Position numbers and translations under genes: made by a program. The notes under the pieces are model-generated. The model did no database searches, was not told where the DNA came from, and was given only the letters and a program-made list of their open reading frames with translations. A stretch of 30,049 bases of DNA from a virus (taxonomy: Duplodnaviria > Caudoviricetes), in IMG/VR virus record IMGVR_UViG_3300002966_000377, positions 1-30,049 of that record, one strand, 5' to 3'. Below, one piece after another: positions 8,293-17,757 of this stretch. Numbering within the stretch: position 1 is the first letter of the stretch; every line of letters starts with the position of its first letter.

Positions 8293-9547
8293 TTGCTTCT
8301 AACCCCAATTGCTTTCTTGCTTCGTCTATGTTGATTACTCCCGCTTGCAACAATTGCACAACAGCTTGAGCATCAAATAGCCGTGCTTGTGCTGCTGTCT
8401 GTGGCTGGAAGTTTGGTAGAGGCTTGAACGTGATATCTACATCAGTGATATTGTAGCCTCGTAAGAGCAGATGCAGTTTGTATGTGTATTCTAAGAAGCG
8501 TTGCACGATATTTTGTGTTGCTTGTATTTGATTCACAAAAATGTGGAGTGCTACAGTGCTCCATGTTTCTGTATATCCCGTTGCAAACCCCAACACCGCT
8601 GGCTGTGCCTTTGCTCCCTCTATTGTCCAACGCTCTACAATAGAGAGTATTTCCGTGAGCCCAGTACCAGCTCCAGCACCACCAGACGTTAACTCTTTGA
8701 ACTCTGCCTCTGTTCCTTCAAAGTGTAAAAATATACCTTGTGTCATATTGTTTGCGATATCTTGTGCAACATTCTGTAAGAATTGCTTTTGTCTGTTGTT
8801 ATATTCCACTTCGGTCTCGTTTGGAGCTTTTGGTAGATTTGGAAACTTTACATCAAGAAAGCCAAGTAGTCCCATTTTCTTTGCAAGACCTCTTAGTTCC
8901 GTCAACAGCTCTTCTGTGATATCAAGAGTAGAGAGAGCTCCTAAGAATGGCGGTATACCATATGGAGAACTATCAAACGTGAGAAGCGGTATATATTTAT
9001 ATGTGAATGTGTTTAATTTTACAGGATCTAATATCCCAAGCCATTGATATGGCTCATATTCATCAGTTTTGAAGTTGTAATCAAACCAGATAGACCAAGC
9101 AGGAACGAGTGCGATTTTTTCAACGCCTTTTAGGTTTGGGTCTACAACAATTTCAGCTGATATTGCACCTGCGATATTGATTTGTGCGATCAGCTCATTT
9201 ACTAGGTGATCTGTGTTGAGAAAAAACGCAAGCTCTTTGAGATCCTCTTGAGCTTTTTCTGCGTCTGGACCTTGAACCGTCACAGTATGTCCTGAATTGC
9301 CAAGAGCAATCAGTAAGTTATGCGTTTGCGATAGGATTGGGTTTACCACCACTCCTTTTTCAATGATTTGGAGCCACTCACGTGGATAGCGTGGATTGAG
9401 AAATCTCCACTTCGCATCTAAAGTGTCAGGAACAAGAACTTTCGCAGGCTCAGAAGATATACGATGGCGTGGGATTTCCGTTGGTATTTTGTTTGGTGGT
9501 ATATCATTACCGCCAAAGAACTTTTTAATGAATTGCTTTATATCCAT
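8282..9547 (-). CDS. Portal protein (probable start ATG 9547)
   Basis: Lies between terminase and MuF; PYG.PP motif and G.INIDEARKQLGL C-terminus. Confidence 0.8.
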   Translation of the reverse strand: MDIKQFIKKFFGGNDIPPNKIPTEIPRHRISSEPAKVLVPDTLDAKWRFLNPRYPREWLQIIEKGVVVNPILSQTHNLLIALGNSGHTVTVQGPDAEKAQEDLKELAFFLNTDHLVNELIAQINIAGAISAEIVVDPNLKGVEKIALVPAWSIWFDYNFKTDEYEPYQWLGILDPVKLNTFTYKYIPLLTFDSSPYGIPPFLGALSTLDITEELLTELRGLAKKMGLLGFLDVKFPNLPKAPNETEVEYNNRQKQFLQNVAQDIANNMTQGIFLHFEGTEAEFKELTSGGAGAGTGLTEILSIVERWTIEGAKAQPAVLGFATGYTETWSTVALHIFVNQIQATQNIVQRFLEYTYKLHLLLRGYNITDVDITFKPLPNFQPQTAAQARLFDAQAVVQLLQAGVINIDEARKQLGLEANGA

Positions 9548-10838
9548 ACTTAAATGCCTCCTTAGGTTGGCTTGCAAAGTAAATAGGCGTTATTTCTTTT
9601 ACATCTTCTTGGCTTGCTGCATGTAAAGCCAAAGCCAAGCTCCAAAATCTGTCTGCGTGTGAATCTTCTGTCTCTCCTTCGTATCTCACATTCCCCGCTT
9701 TTGTCAGTGCCTTTTTAACAGAATGAAGGTCTTCTATGAGGTCTTTGTCAGCTGGGATGCTTATCATCTTGTCTTGAAAAACTGCCTTTATTCTGCTTGC
9801 CAGTTCATCTTTTGCTTTGTTTGTAAAATAAACAGGTAGTACTTTTATGTCTCCCCATTTTTTGACCAGCTCTTCTGCTATCTGCATACCTATACCTGTC
9901 TCATCTATTGCAATTTTGCGTGTAAAATGGCAAAGATAATCAATGATTTTAAACTGCTCTGAGAATGGCAGCTTTCTAAGTATCTCTTGCTTTCTGAGAT
10001 AATACCTTCCTGCTATCTTCTCAAGGATAGATATAACAGTAAGGTCATGTCTTCTTGCAATATCAACGCCAAGATAAACATCTCCAGTGAGTTCTTTTAC
10101 ATCTGCTTCTATACCTTCTAAGGTGCAAGAGTGCAAGATTTCATAAGGAAGCAACACGCTTTCCTCATCCATAAACTCACACATATATTCTTGTTGCCAA
10201 ATGTCTTGATTTGGAACGCCTTTCTGCAATTCTTCAATATCTATATTCAAGCCCTGCTCCACTGCATCGTAAATAGTGAGCTTCTGCCTAAACCACAGCT
10301 CATTGTTTTCTGACATCTGCCAAAGATGTCCGAAAATATCACTACGGCTTCTTGGAGTAGATATCACGACGAGCTTTAAGTCTTTGTTCCTTGTAATAGA
10401 TGGAAAGATAGCTTGATAGACCTTATAGCCATACTTAAAAAATGAAGCTTCTTCCAATATCACATCCCCCGTAAGACCACGCACACCATCGGGGTTCGCT
10501 GGAAGCCCTATTATTCTGCTTTTGTTTGGAAATCTTACTTCAAGAACGTTTGTGGTTGTATCTTCAAAAAAGCTTATTTCTCCTTGAAACTTTCCAATCT
10601 CTTTTAAAAACTCTACATGCTTTTTTACTTTCTCCATCAGCTCTTTTGACTGACGCTCGGTTGGAGACAGAATAGCTACTAAATGATTCCTTTTTTCAAT
10701 TGCTCTTAGAACTGCAAAAAGAGAAACTACAAAAGATTTACCTGTTTGTCTTGACCACATAATGATTGAATACTTCTTTTCAAACGTTTGCTGCAGTGCG
10801 TATTGTTGATATGGCATAAGGAGTTTATCAAACTCCAT
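9525..10838 (-). CDS. Terminase large subunit (Mu gp28-like)
   Basis: SRQTGKS Walker A, ILEEA Walker B, ISTP, QEYMCEF, GVDIAR..D, HADRFWSLALA. Confidence 0.93.
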   Translation of the reverse strand: MEFDKLLMPYQQYALQQTFEKKYSIIMWSRQTGKSFVVSLFAVLRAIEKRNHLVAILSPTERQSKELMEKVKKHVEFLKEIGKFQGEISFFEDTTTNVLEVRFPNKSRIIGLPANPDGVRGLTGDVILEEASFFKYGYKVYQAIFPSITRNKDLKLVVISTPRSRSDIFGHLWQMSENNELWFRQKLTIYDAVEQGLNIDIEELQKGVPNQDIWQQEYMCEFMDEESVLLPYEILHSCTLEGIEADVKELTGDVYLGVDIARRHDLTVISILEKIAGRYYLRKQEILRKLPFSEQFKIIDYLCHFTRKIAIDETGIGMQIAEELVKKWGDIKVLPVYFTNKAKDELASRIKAVFQDKMISIPADKDLIEDLHSVKKALTKAGNVRYEGETEDSHADRFWSLALALHAASQEDVKEITPIYFASQPKEAFKYGYKAIH

Positions 10839-11328
10839 AGATTTCTTCCTTTATAAGCTTTAAAAACTCAGGATCAATATTTCTTCTCTTTCCTTCTTCT
10901 TCTATCTTCTCAGCTGCTTTTTGCAATTTTTCAGTAATGTGTTTTTCAAGAGATTGGCTCATCTGTGAAAGCTTATGGACTGCTGCTATAAGCTGTTCTG
11001 GTTCTTCAAAATCAAAGCTGTCTATATCTTTTGTAAACTCAAGCACTTTTTGAGTCAACATTGCAACAAGAGAAGACAACATAAAGCTCGTTGGCTTGCT
11101 TTGTGTTTGCTGAACTAAGATCTCTATCTTATCCCACCATTCGTTATATTGTTTAGCAGCTTCTGAATAGTCCTTATATGCTCTATGAATAGAAGACCTT
11201 GAGATGTCATATCCTTCTGTCCTTAGAAGGCTTTCAATTGTTTTAAAATCTCTTTTTTCTTTTTCATATAGATAAACAATCTTTTGTATGATGTCATAAA
11301 GCTGTGCTTTTTTTCTTCTTCCCATCAC
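10828..11328 (-). CDS. Terminase small subunit-like (Mu gp27/DUF3486-like)
   Basis: GYDISRSSIHR HTH motif; directly upstream of the large terminase. Confidence 0.75.
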   Translation of the reverse strand: MMGRRKKAQLYDIIQKIVYLYEKEKRDFKTIESLLRTEGYDISRSSIHRAYKDYSEAAKQYNEWWDKIEILVQQTQSKPTSFMLSSLVAMLTQKVLEFTKDIDSFDFEEPEQLIAAVHKLSQMSQSLEKHITEKLQKAAEKIEEEGKRRNIDPEFLKLIKEEIYGV

Positions 11329-11615
11329 TCCCTCTCTGGCACGATGATGCCATCGTCTTGTTTAGTCATTTCTAAAACATCAATGCCATCCGCTGTGATT
11401 TGATATAGATGTATTTTGCCTCTGGCTTTGTAAGGGTGTGGTTCCTCTATCACCTTTATATATCCTCTATCAACCAAGTACAACAATGCATTTCTGATTT
11501 CGTTATCTTTGTGGTATTGATAGAACACACCTATGATTTCTAACTCATCAATGACTCGTGGCGATATTCTGTGTAGAAAATCTAAAATCTCCCCTCTCAA
11601 AGCTTTCGTACTCAT
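11325..11615 (-). CDS. Winged-helix protein (Mu gp26-like)
   Basis: L.YL.DRGYI...ITADGIDV pattern; Mu-like synteny. Confidence 0.6.
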   Translation of the reverse strand: MSTKALRGEILDFLHRISPRVIDELEIIGVFYQYHKDNEIRNALLYLVDRGYIKVIEEPHPYKARGKIHLYQITADGIDVLEMTKQDDGIIVPERE

Positions 11616-11920
11616 GCATTTCTCCTCGTTTCAATGAACTTTTCAATAAACCTATCCAGTTTTGCATCAAGCTTTTGTAATTCCCCTCTCCAGCCTGAGA
11701 CGTCTCTATAGTGCTCTTCTTTCGTAATGAAGTCTTTTAGCTGTTGCTGGATTTCTTCTATTTTCTGTTCAATATTTGCGTTTCTATCTTCAATGAATTC
11801 GGTAAGTCTATTGATTTTGTCTTGCTGATGTCTTGCAAAAATCAACAATACAATGACAACAATGAGCATAGATGCCTGTGGAGTAATTGCCTGCTGCAAA
11901 GCCAAGAGTGCTACTTCCAT
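11612..11920 (-). CDS. Membrane-anchored coiled-coil protein (Mu gp25-like)
   Basis: N-terminal TM segment, coiled coil, FITKEE...KLDAKLD; synteny. Confidence 0.55.
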   Translation of the reverse strand: MEVALLALQQAITPQASMLIVVIVLLIFARHQQDKINRLTEFIEDRNANIEQKIEEIQQQLKDFITKEEHYRDVSGWRGELQKLDAKLDRFIEKFIETRRNA

Positions 11921-12174
11921 GATAGGAACCTCTCAAGCGGAATTACAATCAGTGGTTCTTGTCTATCTGCTTTTATTACGACTGCATCGTTACCTTCAAG
12001 CCAGTTATAGATTGCCATCTCTTTTCTCGCTTTTACTTGTATATATCCAATCCCCTCAACATGCAAATCTGCAGAACCTAAAGACCCAGCAGATCTCACA
12101 ACCTTAAAGCCTTTTCTTTCAAATATCTTTCTTATTTCTCGTTCTACACGACTTCCTTTTGCCTTTGCGTTCAT
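11911..12174 (-). CDS. Hjc-type Holliday junction resolvase (PD-(D/E)xK)
   Basis: KGS..ERE.....E..GF.VVRSAGS....DL....IQVK. Confidence 0.8.
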   Translation of the reverse strand: MNAKAKGSRVEREIRKIFERKGFKVVRSAGSLGSADLHVEGIGYIQVKARKEMAIYNWLEGNDAVVIKADRQEPLIVIPLERFLSWK

Positions 12175-12206
12175 ACGGTTATGATATGAAGACCTGTGTT
12201 ATATTA

Positions 12207-12222
12207 CCAGCAAAGGTTTCAA
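12207..12222 (-). promoter_or_regulatory. Late-module motif copy 2 (TTGAAACCTTTGCTGG)
   Basis: 32 bp before ATG 12174; hexamer TATCAT; its TGA is the PAAR stop codon. Confidence 0.8.
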
Positions 12223-12512
12223 CCACTCATCACATTGCTACTTCCTTGCATTGCTGTTGAGCCACAAGAGATGGGGTCTCCTACCCTGACCACTGGCTGA
12301 CCGTTTACAAACACAGAAGAAGAAGCTCCTGAAGAAACCCCATCGTGGCACTGGCTCGGATCACTAGTACAGCAATGAGTAGCCCACAAATCGCCCAATC
12401 TCACAACACCTTTTCCGTTCACAAGCACGTTTGTAGATCCTTGCACTGATGGCTGTTCAGGAAAGCACCCATGACCAGTGCTAAGATCTCCTACTCTTAC
12501 AATCCCAGGCAT
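12219..12512 (-). CDS. PAAR-domain spike tip protein
   Basis: Repeated RVGD/RLGD and GS.NV.VNG motifs. Confidence 0.92.
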   Translation of the reverse strand: MPGIVRVGDLSTGHGCFPEQPSVQGSTNVLVNGKGVVRLGDLWATHCCTSDPSQCHDGVSSGASSSVFVNGQPVVRVGDPISCGSTAMQGSSNVMSG

Positions 12513-12528
12513 AATACCCTCCTAATTA

Positions 12529-12975
12529 TTAGTTGAGATTTATCGTTGCACCTTGTATAGTTACATTCCCGGTTGCTGATATATCTATATTTGCTCCTGT
12601 TATCGTAATGTTGTTGCTCGTGTTTATTGTTATACTCCCAATACAATTAACGGTCAGCGCATGTGCTTGCCTATCGTAAGCAATCGTAGTGCCATCTTGA
12701 AACTTGATATAGAACTGATTTACATTTGCAACAGGTACCGTGTCTTGATCGCTGTAAATAGCACCTAAGACATAAGCATCACTGTAATTTCCCTCTTGAT
12801 CAAAGCCAACGACAACATACTCGCCGACGTCAGGTAGCCAATACGCTTTGTCCTGATGTGTCTTGTGATGCACCACTGGAAGCCAATTTGATACTACACC
12901 GTCCAGATCTTGCATCTGAACTCTTACCCTTGCGGTTTGCTCATCTACAGCTACTACAATACCTCGTCTAATCAT
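12529..12975 (-). CDS. Baseplate spike GpV
   Basis: OB-fold RVRV...S.WL, LP.VGE.V; C-terminal beta-helix repeats. Confidence 0.9.
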   Translation of the reverse strand: MIRRGIVVAVDEQTARVRVQMQDLDGVVSNWLPVVHHKTHQDKAYWLPDVGEYVVVGFDQEGNYSDAYVLGAIYSDQDTVPVANVNQFYIKFQDGTTIAYDRQAHALTVNCIGSITINTSNNITITGANIDISATGNVTIQGATINLN

Positions 12976-13988
12976 TTCTTTTTCCCTCCTTGTTTTGGAT
13001 TTTTTGTAAACTCTATCTCTGTTGTATATCCAGACCTGCTAACTTCATGTGTAATAGAAGAACAGTAATACAGCCCATCAAAATTTGCACCAAAGCCTTT
13101 TAGTTCTATCTGGCACGATGCATACACTTGTGGAAGTCCTATAGTAGTGATCCTTCCTTTTGCTTGATCCATATCGTTCAGTGTTTTTTGTGCTTGTGCT
13201 ACCTTGTCCGCTTGCTGTTTTGTTTCTATCCTTGTTCGTAGCTCTTGAGTATCACCGCTTGCTTTGACTTCTGTCTTCTTTTTATCTCCTATCACAGCTT
13301 TTTTGCTTGGTGCTAAATACTGAATACTTACTTCTGCATCATACAAGCTCGATACATCTATTTCAAAATCTATGGTGATATCTGGTGTGATCGTGAAAAC
13401 TTTGGCATCGTTTAGGGTCTTGTGTAGCTCTCTAATGATGATTTTCTTGTCTGCAATTTTGCAGATATATCCATATAACTTGCAAAGCTTTTGTAAGAAC
13501 TCTAAATCTCTTTGTTTGTACTGATCTACTCTTTGAAAATGCACATCATCACCGTCGAAAAATAGCTGATAGTGATTTCTATTAGCGATCTCTTGAGCTA
13601 TTGACTTTAATGTCATATTTTCAAAGCCCGTTGTCTTTAGCGTTCTAAAAGCTGCCTTCACATCTTTTGCAAGGGCTTTGATATTGAATGTTGCACCAGA
13701 TCTTGAATAGTGATAGCTGTAGCTGTCTATGTAAAACAGCCCTTGCTTTACTATCTCTTCATAACCAAATATAATTTTCAAACTTGAGCCTCTGGCTGGT
13801 GGATTGTCTCTGAAAAAATGCTCACTGTCTTCTACTTCAATCTGTACATCATCGCTTTCTGATTTTTTCAGTCCATCATTGTCCGTGACGTGAAAGCGTG
13901 TGAGATAGGGTGTTATATAGGCAGATACATCTATGTTGTCTATCTCCACATAAAGATAAGGCTTATAAAGCTCTAATCTGTTTGCCAT
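12972..13988 (-). CDS. Baseplate hub, late control GpD-like
   Basis: Q....DLEFL.KL, GFG..FDG.Y....TH....GYTT. Confidence 0.88.
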   Translation of the reverse strand: MANRLELYKPYLYVEIDNIDVSAYITPYLTRFHVTDNDGLKKSESDDVQIEVEDSEHFFRDNPPARGSSLKIIFGYEEIVKQGLFYIDSYSYHYSRSGATFNIKALAKDVKAAFRTLKTTGFENMTLKSIAQEIANRNHYQLFFDGDDVHFQRVDQYKQRDLEFLQKLCKLYGYICKIADKKIIIRELHKTLNDAKVFTITPDITIDFEIDVSSLYDAEVSIQYLAPSKKAVIGDKKKTEVKASGDTQELRTRIETKQQADKVAQAQKTLNDMDQAKGRITTIGLPQVYASCQIELKGFGANFDGLYYCSSITHEVSRSGYTTEIEFTKNPKQGGKKK

Positions 13989-14194
13989 GGTGCTTTAATA
14001 AGCTGTTGATTTGGTAATGTAGAGACTACCAAGACTGGAATCTGCAAAATTGCACCCGTTGGTGGATATGGAAGTCCTAAATACTGCTGATTGGCATTTA
14101 GGATTGGCTCATACAGATACGGATCACCATACATATCATACGCTATCGTGTCCCATCTATCCCCTTGTTTGACAATGTATTGTATGTATTCCAT
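13973..14194 (-). CDS. Tail protein X (LysM-like)
   Basis: QGDRWDTIAY..YGD......ILNAN...IP...PW. Confidence 0.9.
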   Translation of the reverse strand: MEYIQYIVKQGDRWDTIAYDMYGDPYLYEPILNANQQYLGLPYPPTGAILQIPVLVVSTLPNQQLIKAPWQTD

Positions 14195-14197
14195 CCT

Positions 14198-14635
14198 TTA
14201 TCCCTTCTTCTTCTTTACTGCTACAGGTTTTTTCGTAGTTTTTATATTTCTTTTTTGCAGTGTTTTTGGTATGTATTGTGTGAATTTTACATGCAAAGTA
14301 ATATCAACGGGCTTTCCATACGCATCTATTTTCTGATACTGTGCCTCTATACTTTCTATCACATAATCACCAAAGACTTTCTCAGCGATGATAAGCTTTT
14401 GTGGTGTTCCTTGTTTAGCAATATCTTTTAAGTTTTGATATTCTTCCAAAGGATCACAATAAGCATTATGAAAGCCAATAGTAAGCTCAAGTGATTGGAG
14501 TTCATTTCCAAGATATTGAAGACTGCTTGGGGCTATAACTGTCTGCAGTTTTGCAACTGCATATTGATTTGTTTCTGTGTGTTCTTTGTATGAATAGACT
14601 TGAAAAACAATCTTCCCAAAGCTGGCATAGTTCAT
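14198..14635 (-). CDS. P2 GpU-like tail protein (probable start ATG 14635)
   Basis: FG.I.F, LQY.G, G.YVIESI motifs. Confidence 0.85.
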   Translation of the reverse strand: MNYASFGKIVFQVYSYKEHTETNQYAVAKLQTVIAPSSLQYLGNELQSLELTIGFHNAYCDPLEEYQNLKDIAKQGTPQKLIIAEKVFGDYVIESIEAQYQKIDAYGKPVDITLHVKFTQYIPKTLQKRNIKTTKKPVAVKKKKG

Positions 14636-14668
14636 GCTCAAAAGTATGAGCTAATTTATCAAACATTG

Positions 14669-14684
14669 CCAGCAAAGGTTTCAA
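14669..14684 (-). promoter_or_regulatory. Late-module motif copy 3 (TTGAAACCTTTGCTGG)
   Basis: 33 bp before ATG 14635; hexamer CATACT; its TGA is the DUF2513 stop codon. Confidence 0.8.
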
Positions 14685-15043
14685 TGAAGAAGACTATGGA
14701 TAACAGCTTTGGAAATTTCTTTTGCAATATCAAGCGTTAGGTTTATTCCAACTTCCCTTGCTCTTTCTTTCACTTTATTCCAAACAGAAGGATTACGTAT
14801 GCTGTTCAAAAACTCATGCCCGTTCCAAGTTAGAGATTTAGCGTAGTAGATAGTTGGCATACCAAGAGCTTTTATAGTACCTGCCTCTATTAAGCCAGCT
14901 TGCGAAAGAAGTTTGATATGATATGAAACTTTTTCCCAATCATATAAAGGCTGAAAGGTTTGTGGCATTAGCTGTCCTTCTTGTTCTGGGAGCTCCTCAA
15001 GTTTGAGAAGGATTTCTCTTATAAGTTCCCAATCAAGCTTCAT
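14681..15043 (-). CDS. DUF2513-family winged-helix protein (probable start ATG 15043)
   Basis: MKLDWELIREILL.LE, YH..LL..AGLI, LTW.GHEFL..IR...VW..VK. Confidence 0.85.
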   Translation of the reverse strand: MKLDWELIREILLKLEELPEQEGQLMPQTFQPLYDWEKVSYHIKLLSQAGLIEAGTIKALGMPTIYYAKSLTWNGHEFLNSIRNPSVWNKVKERAREVGINLTLDIAKEISKAVIHSLLH

Positions 15044-15075
15044 ATTAAAAGCGTAAAACAATTATAGAAAGAATA

Positions 15076-15091
15076 CAAGCAAAGGTTTCAA
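15076..15091 (-). promoter_or_regulatory. Late-module motif copy 4 (TTGAAACCTTTGCTTG)
   Basis: 32 bp before ATG 15043; hexamer TACGCT; part of a 19-bp direct repeat with copy 3. Confidence 0.7.
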
Positions 15092-15120
15092 TGAAGTTTC
15101 AATTCTATATCTCTATATGA

Positions 15121-15639
15121 TCAAAAATTAAATTTAAAATTTAAGTTTTTGAGCATCTCATACAAATCGCAGTATTTTATATCAAATTCTTCACAAACGT
15201 TGGGTATCGGAATTTTTCTCTTTATATTATCAACCTTTCTCTCAAATGTTACTATGACAATTCTTTGTTTATTTTTCATAGCATAAGCAATTAGCCAAGG
15301 ATCAGCGTTGTTTTCTTTGATAAAAGTATTTATTGCATTTCGACTATATTTCTCTTCTTGTTCTTCTGCCCATTTCATAAGCTCTGAATGGTTATTCAAA
15401 ACTTCAGCTTCTGTAGTATCTAAAAAGTGTTCAAAGAAATCTGTTTTAGCCCATTCTTTCAGTCTATCATCGCCTCCTATTATTTCATCATATACTTTAT
15501 CTATGCTCTTTATTCTATTATCTTCAGCTTTTCGTACTAAGAAATCCCAAAAATTATTTCCAAAATCAAAGCTATAAAAATTTCTTGCAGCTGTAATTAA
15601 AATATTTGCGTCTAATAAATACAGAGTTTGCGAACTCAC
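15121..15639 (-). CDS. DUF4411 PIN-like domain protein
   Basis: YLLDAN.LI, V.DEI, ADPWLIAYA, VT.E, IP.VC. Confidence 0.88.
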   Translation of the reverse strand: MSSQTLYLLDANILITAARNFYSFDFGNNFWDFLVRKAEDNRIKSIDKVYDEIIGGDDRLKEWAKTDFFEHFLDTTEAEVLNNHSELMKWAEEQEEKYSRNAINTFIKENNADPWLIAYAMKNKQRIVIVTFERKVDNIKRKIPIPNVCEEFDIKYCDLYEMLKNLNFKFNF

Positions 15640-16781
15640 GCATCTTCTCCTATAAGTTTAAAAAAGCTTTTAGCTTTTAATTCTGTGATTAATAAAGCGT
15701 CTCTATAAGTAACAACATTCTCATAAATAGCAGACTTTAACAAGCTTAAAAATCTTTGACTTAAACGAAGTTTTACAGTTTCGTAAAAATTGCCTCCTTT
15801 ACTTACAGGCTTATCATATTCTTTTCCTTGGATTTTTTGTAAGGATTCAATGAACTCATTTTTGTTAATTAAATTTAAATCATATAATCTACGAGCAATG
15901 ACTATTTGGCTAACTTTAAAATGTTTTGCAAGTTCTTCATAATCTTTTGTCTGTTTGGAAACTTCTAATAACTCTTTTGTAGGAACTAAAAACTCTGCAG
16001 CACATTTATCACAAAACTTTTCAATTTCATTATCCGCAGGCTGTAAATCTTTATAATCAAAAGATGCACTTTCCCCAATTAGGATATGAACGACTTCGTG
16101 TATTAATGTAAATATTTTCCCAGATAACGCATCTTCATTATTTATAAAAACAACAGGAGCTATTTCATCGTATAAGACAAACCCTCTAAATTCATTTACA
16201 TTCAACTTCCTATGCGTATTATTACCTACAACCCCATTTATTAAAACTATAATCCCCTTTTCTTCTGCTTTATCTACTAAATACCTAAACGCATCTTTCC
16301 ATGTTCTTTTAGATTTTGCCCAACCTTCTTTTACATCAAATATGGCTTTAAGCTCATCAACTATAGAATCGTGGCATACTTGTGCGTATAGATCAAGATT
16401 GTTTTTATATTTTCCGCAAAAATCAATTTTATCATTACCAAATTCTAATAAAATGTCTCTTGCCCATTCTTGAACCTTTTGTGCAAATTTTATAGTATCC
16501 AGTAATTCTTCAGATGGTGTAAAATTATTGTCTTTTTTTGTCCTATAATGTGGTATTGGCATTTCATATTTTGGTAATTGTTTAAAGAAGAAATATCCAT
16601 ATGGAATATTAAATATTTTAGAAAGCTCTACCAACTGATTATATGTAGGATAATCTTCTCCAGACAGCCATTTTTCGCTTTTTGGATATTTCCCCCTCAT
16701 ACGATTATATGCATCTGGTTTTAGGCTTGCAAGTTCTTTCAATATCTCAGGATTTACGTACTTTACTTTCACACCTTTCAT
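15636..16781 (-). CDS. HTH plus ImmA/IrrE Zn-metallopeptidase
   Basis: N-terminal HTH (W.SG...PT..QL), FTL.HE..H, E.FCD..AAEFLVP. Confidence 0.9.
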   Translation of the reverse strand: MKGVKVKYVNPEILKELASLKPDAYNRMRGKYPKSEKWLSGEDYPTYNQLVELSKIFNIPYGYFFFKQLPKYEMPIPHYRTKKDNNFTPSEELLDTIKFAQKVQEWARDILLEFGNDKIDFCGKYKNNLDLYAQVCHDSIVDELKAIFDVKEGWAKSKRTWKDAFRYLVDKAEEKGIIVLINGVVGNNTHRKLNVNEFRGFVLYDEIAPVVFINNEDALSGKIFTLIHEVVHILIGESASFDYKDLQPADNEIEKFCDKCAAEFLVPTKELLEVSKQTKDYEELAKHFKVSQIVIARRLYDLNLINKNEFIESLQKIQGKEYDKPVSKGGNFYETVKLRLSQRFLSLLKSAIYENVVTYRDALLITELKAKSFFKLIGEDA

Positions 16782-16929
16782 ACGTAACCACCTAACTTTT
16801 TAAGCATACATATTATTCTAATATCTCTTAGGGGAACTATCCATAAAATACATCATCATCTAGAATCTGTAAATCTTATTAGAGCTTCCAAAGTTTTTAG
16901 GAGAATGTCATTCCTGCAATTTTGCAGTG

Positions 16930-17688
16930 TTAGTAAACGCCTATATCAATGTATGCTATATGGTTACTGTTTGGTGCATACTTAGAAATAAACATAAGCA
17001 TATAGTTTTTATTATCAGATGCTCTTACAGTTGTAATGGTCTTACATTCACTGTCTAAGCATTTATGCCTGATAACGTCAATTAATGCGTCCTTGTTCGG
17101 CTTCTTGATGTGATAGACATGATACAAAGCGCTGATAATAGAACGCCCTGCTGTATCCTCAGGAGCTAAACATTCTTTACTTCCCAAAGTTCTACTATAC
17201 TTACGTCCTAAGTCGCAGTTAATCACCCAGATAACGCCTGAGTGCCAGTTATTGATACCTCCTACAAAAGAAGTAGAAAAGGGATTTGCTTCAGAAGGAA
17301 AAGTTATAACAATTTGATTGTGCACGCGGACTACCATACCGTCAGGATAGTTTTGCTTGTAAAAGGATACTAGAGCATTTTTCAACTCTGTGCTTGAAAA
17401 ATGGGGTGCGTGAGAGTACTTAACCGCTCGGTGATGAGATGCTGTTTGTTTATGAGATACTGCTTGTTGCTTAGATGTCTGCACCGTTGATTGTGTAGTA
17501 TTTGTTGATTGTGAAGTAGTTGTAGGCATCAACGCCGAACCAACACCCATAACAATAAACCCACCAATCCTAAATATCCATTTGTGGTCTCTGAACATTT
17601 GCAACTTCTTTGATTCACCTTCATTTTTTGGCTTTACAAACGTTAATAAAAAAATGATAAGCCCTGCAATGAAAAGAACCGCCCCCAT
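16930..17688 (-). CDS. Accessory membrane-anchored protein
   Basis: Two TM segments, Thr/Ser/Gln linker, Cys-containing distal domain; RBS AGGAGG. Confidence 0.7.
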   Translation of the reverse strand: MGAVLFIAGLIIFLLTFVKPKNEGESKKLQMFRDHKWIFRIGGFIVMGVGSALMPTTTSQSTNTTQSTVQTSKQQAVSHKQTASHHRAVKYSHAPHFSSTELKNALVSFYKQNYPDGMVVRVHNQIVITFPSEANPFSTSFVGGINNWHSGVIWVINCDLGRKYSRTLGSKECLAPEDTAGRSIISALYHVYHIKKPNKDALIDVIRHKCLDSECKTITTVRASDNKNYMLMFISKYAPNSNHIAYIDIGVY

Positions 17689-17757
17689 AACTTACCTCCT
17701 TACAAAAAATTCATACAAATATTATACTACTTTTTATACACTTCTGCAATTTTGCAC

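Noticed and set aside
16785-16912. Small ORF between the membrane gene and immA
   Set aside because: The minus-strand ATG at 16911 stops after 4 codons; the region is probably promoter DNA.
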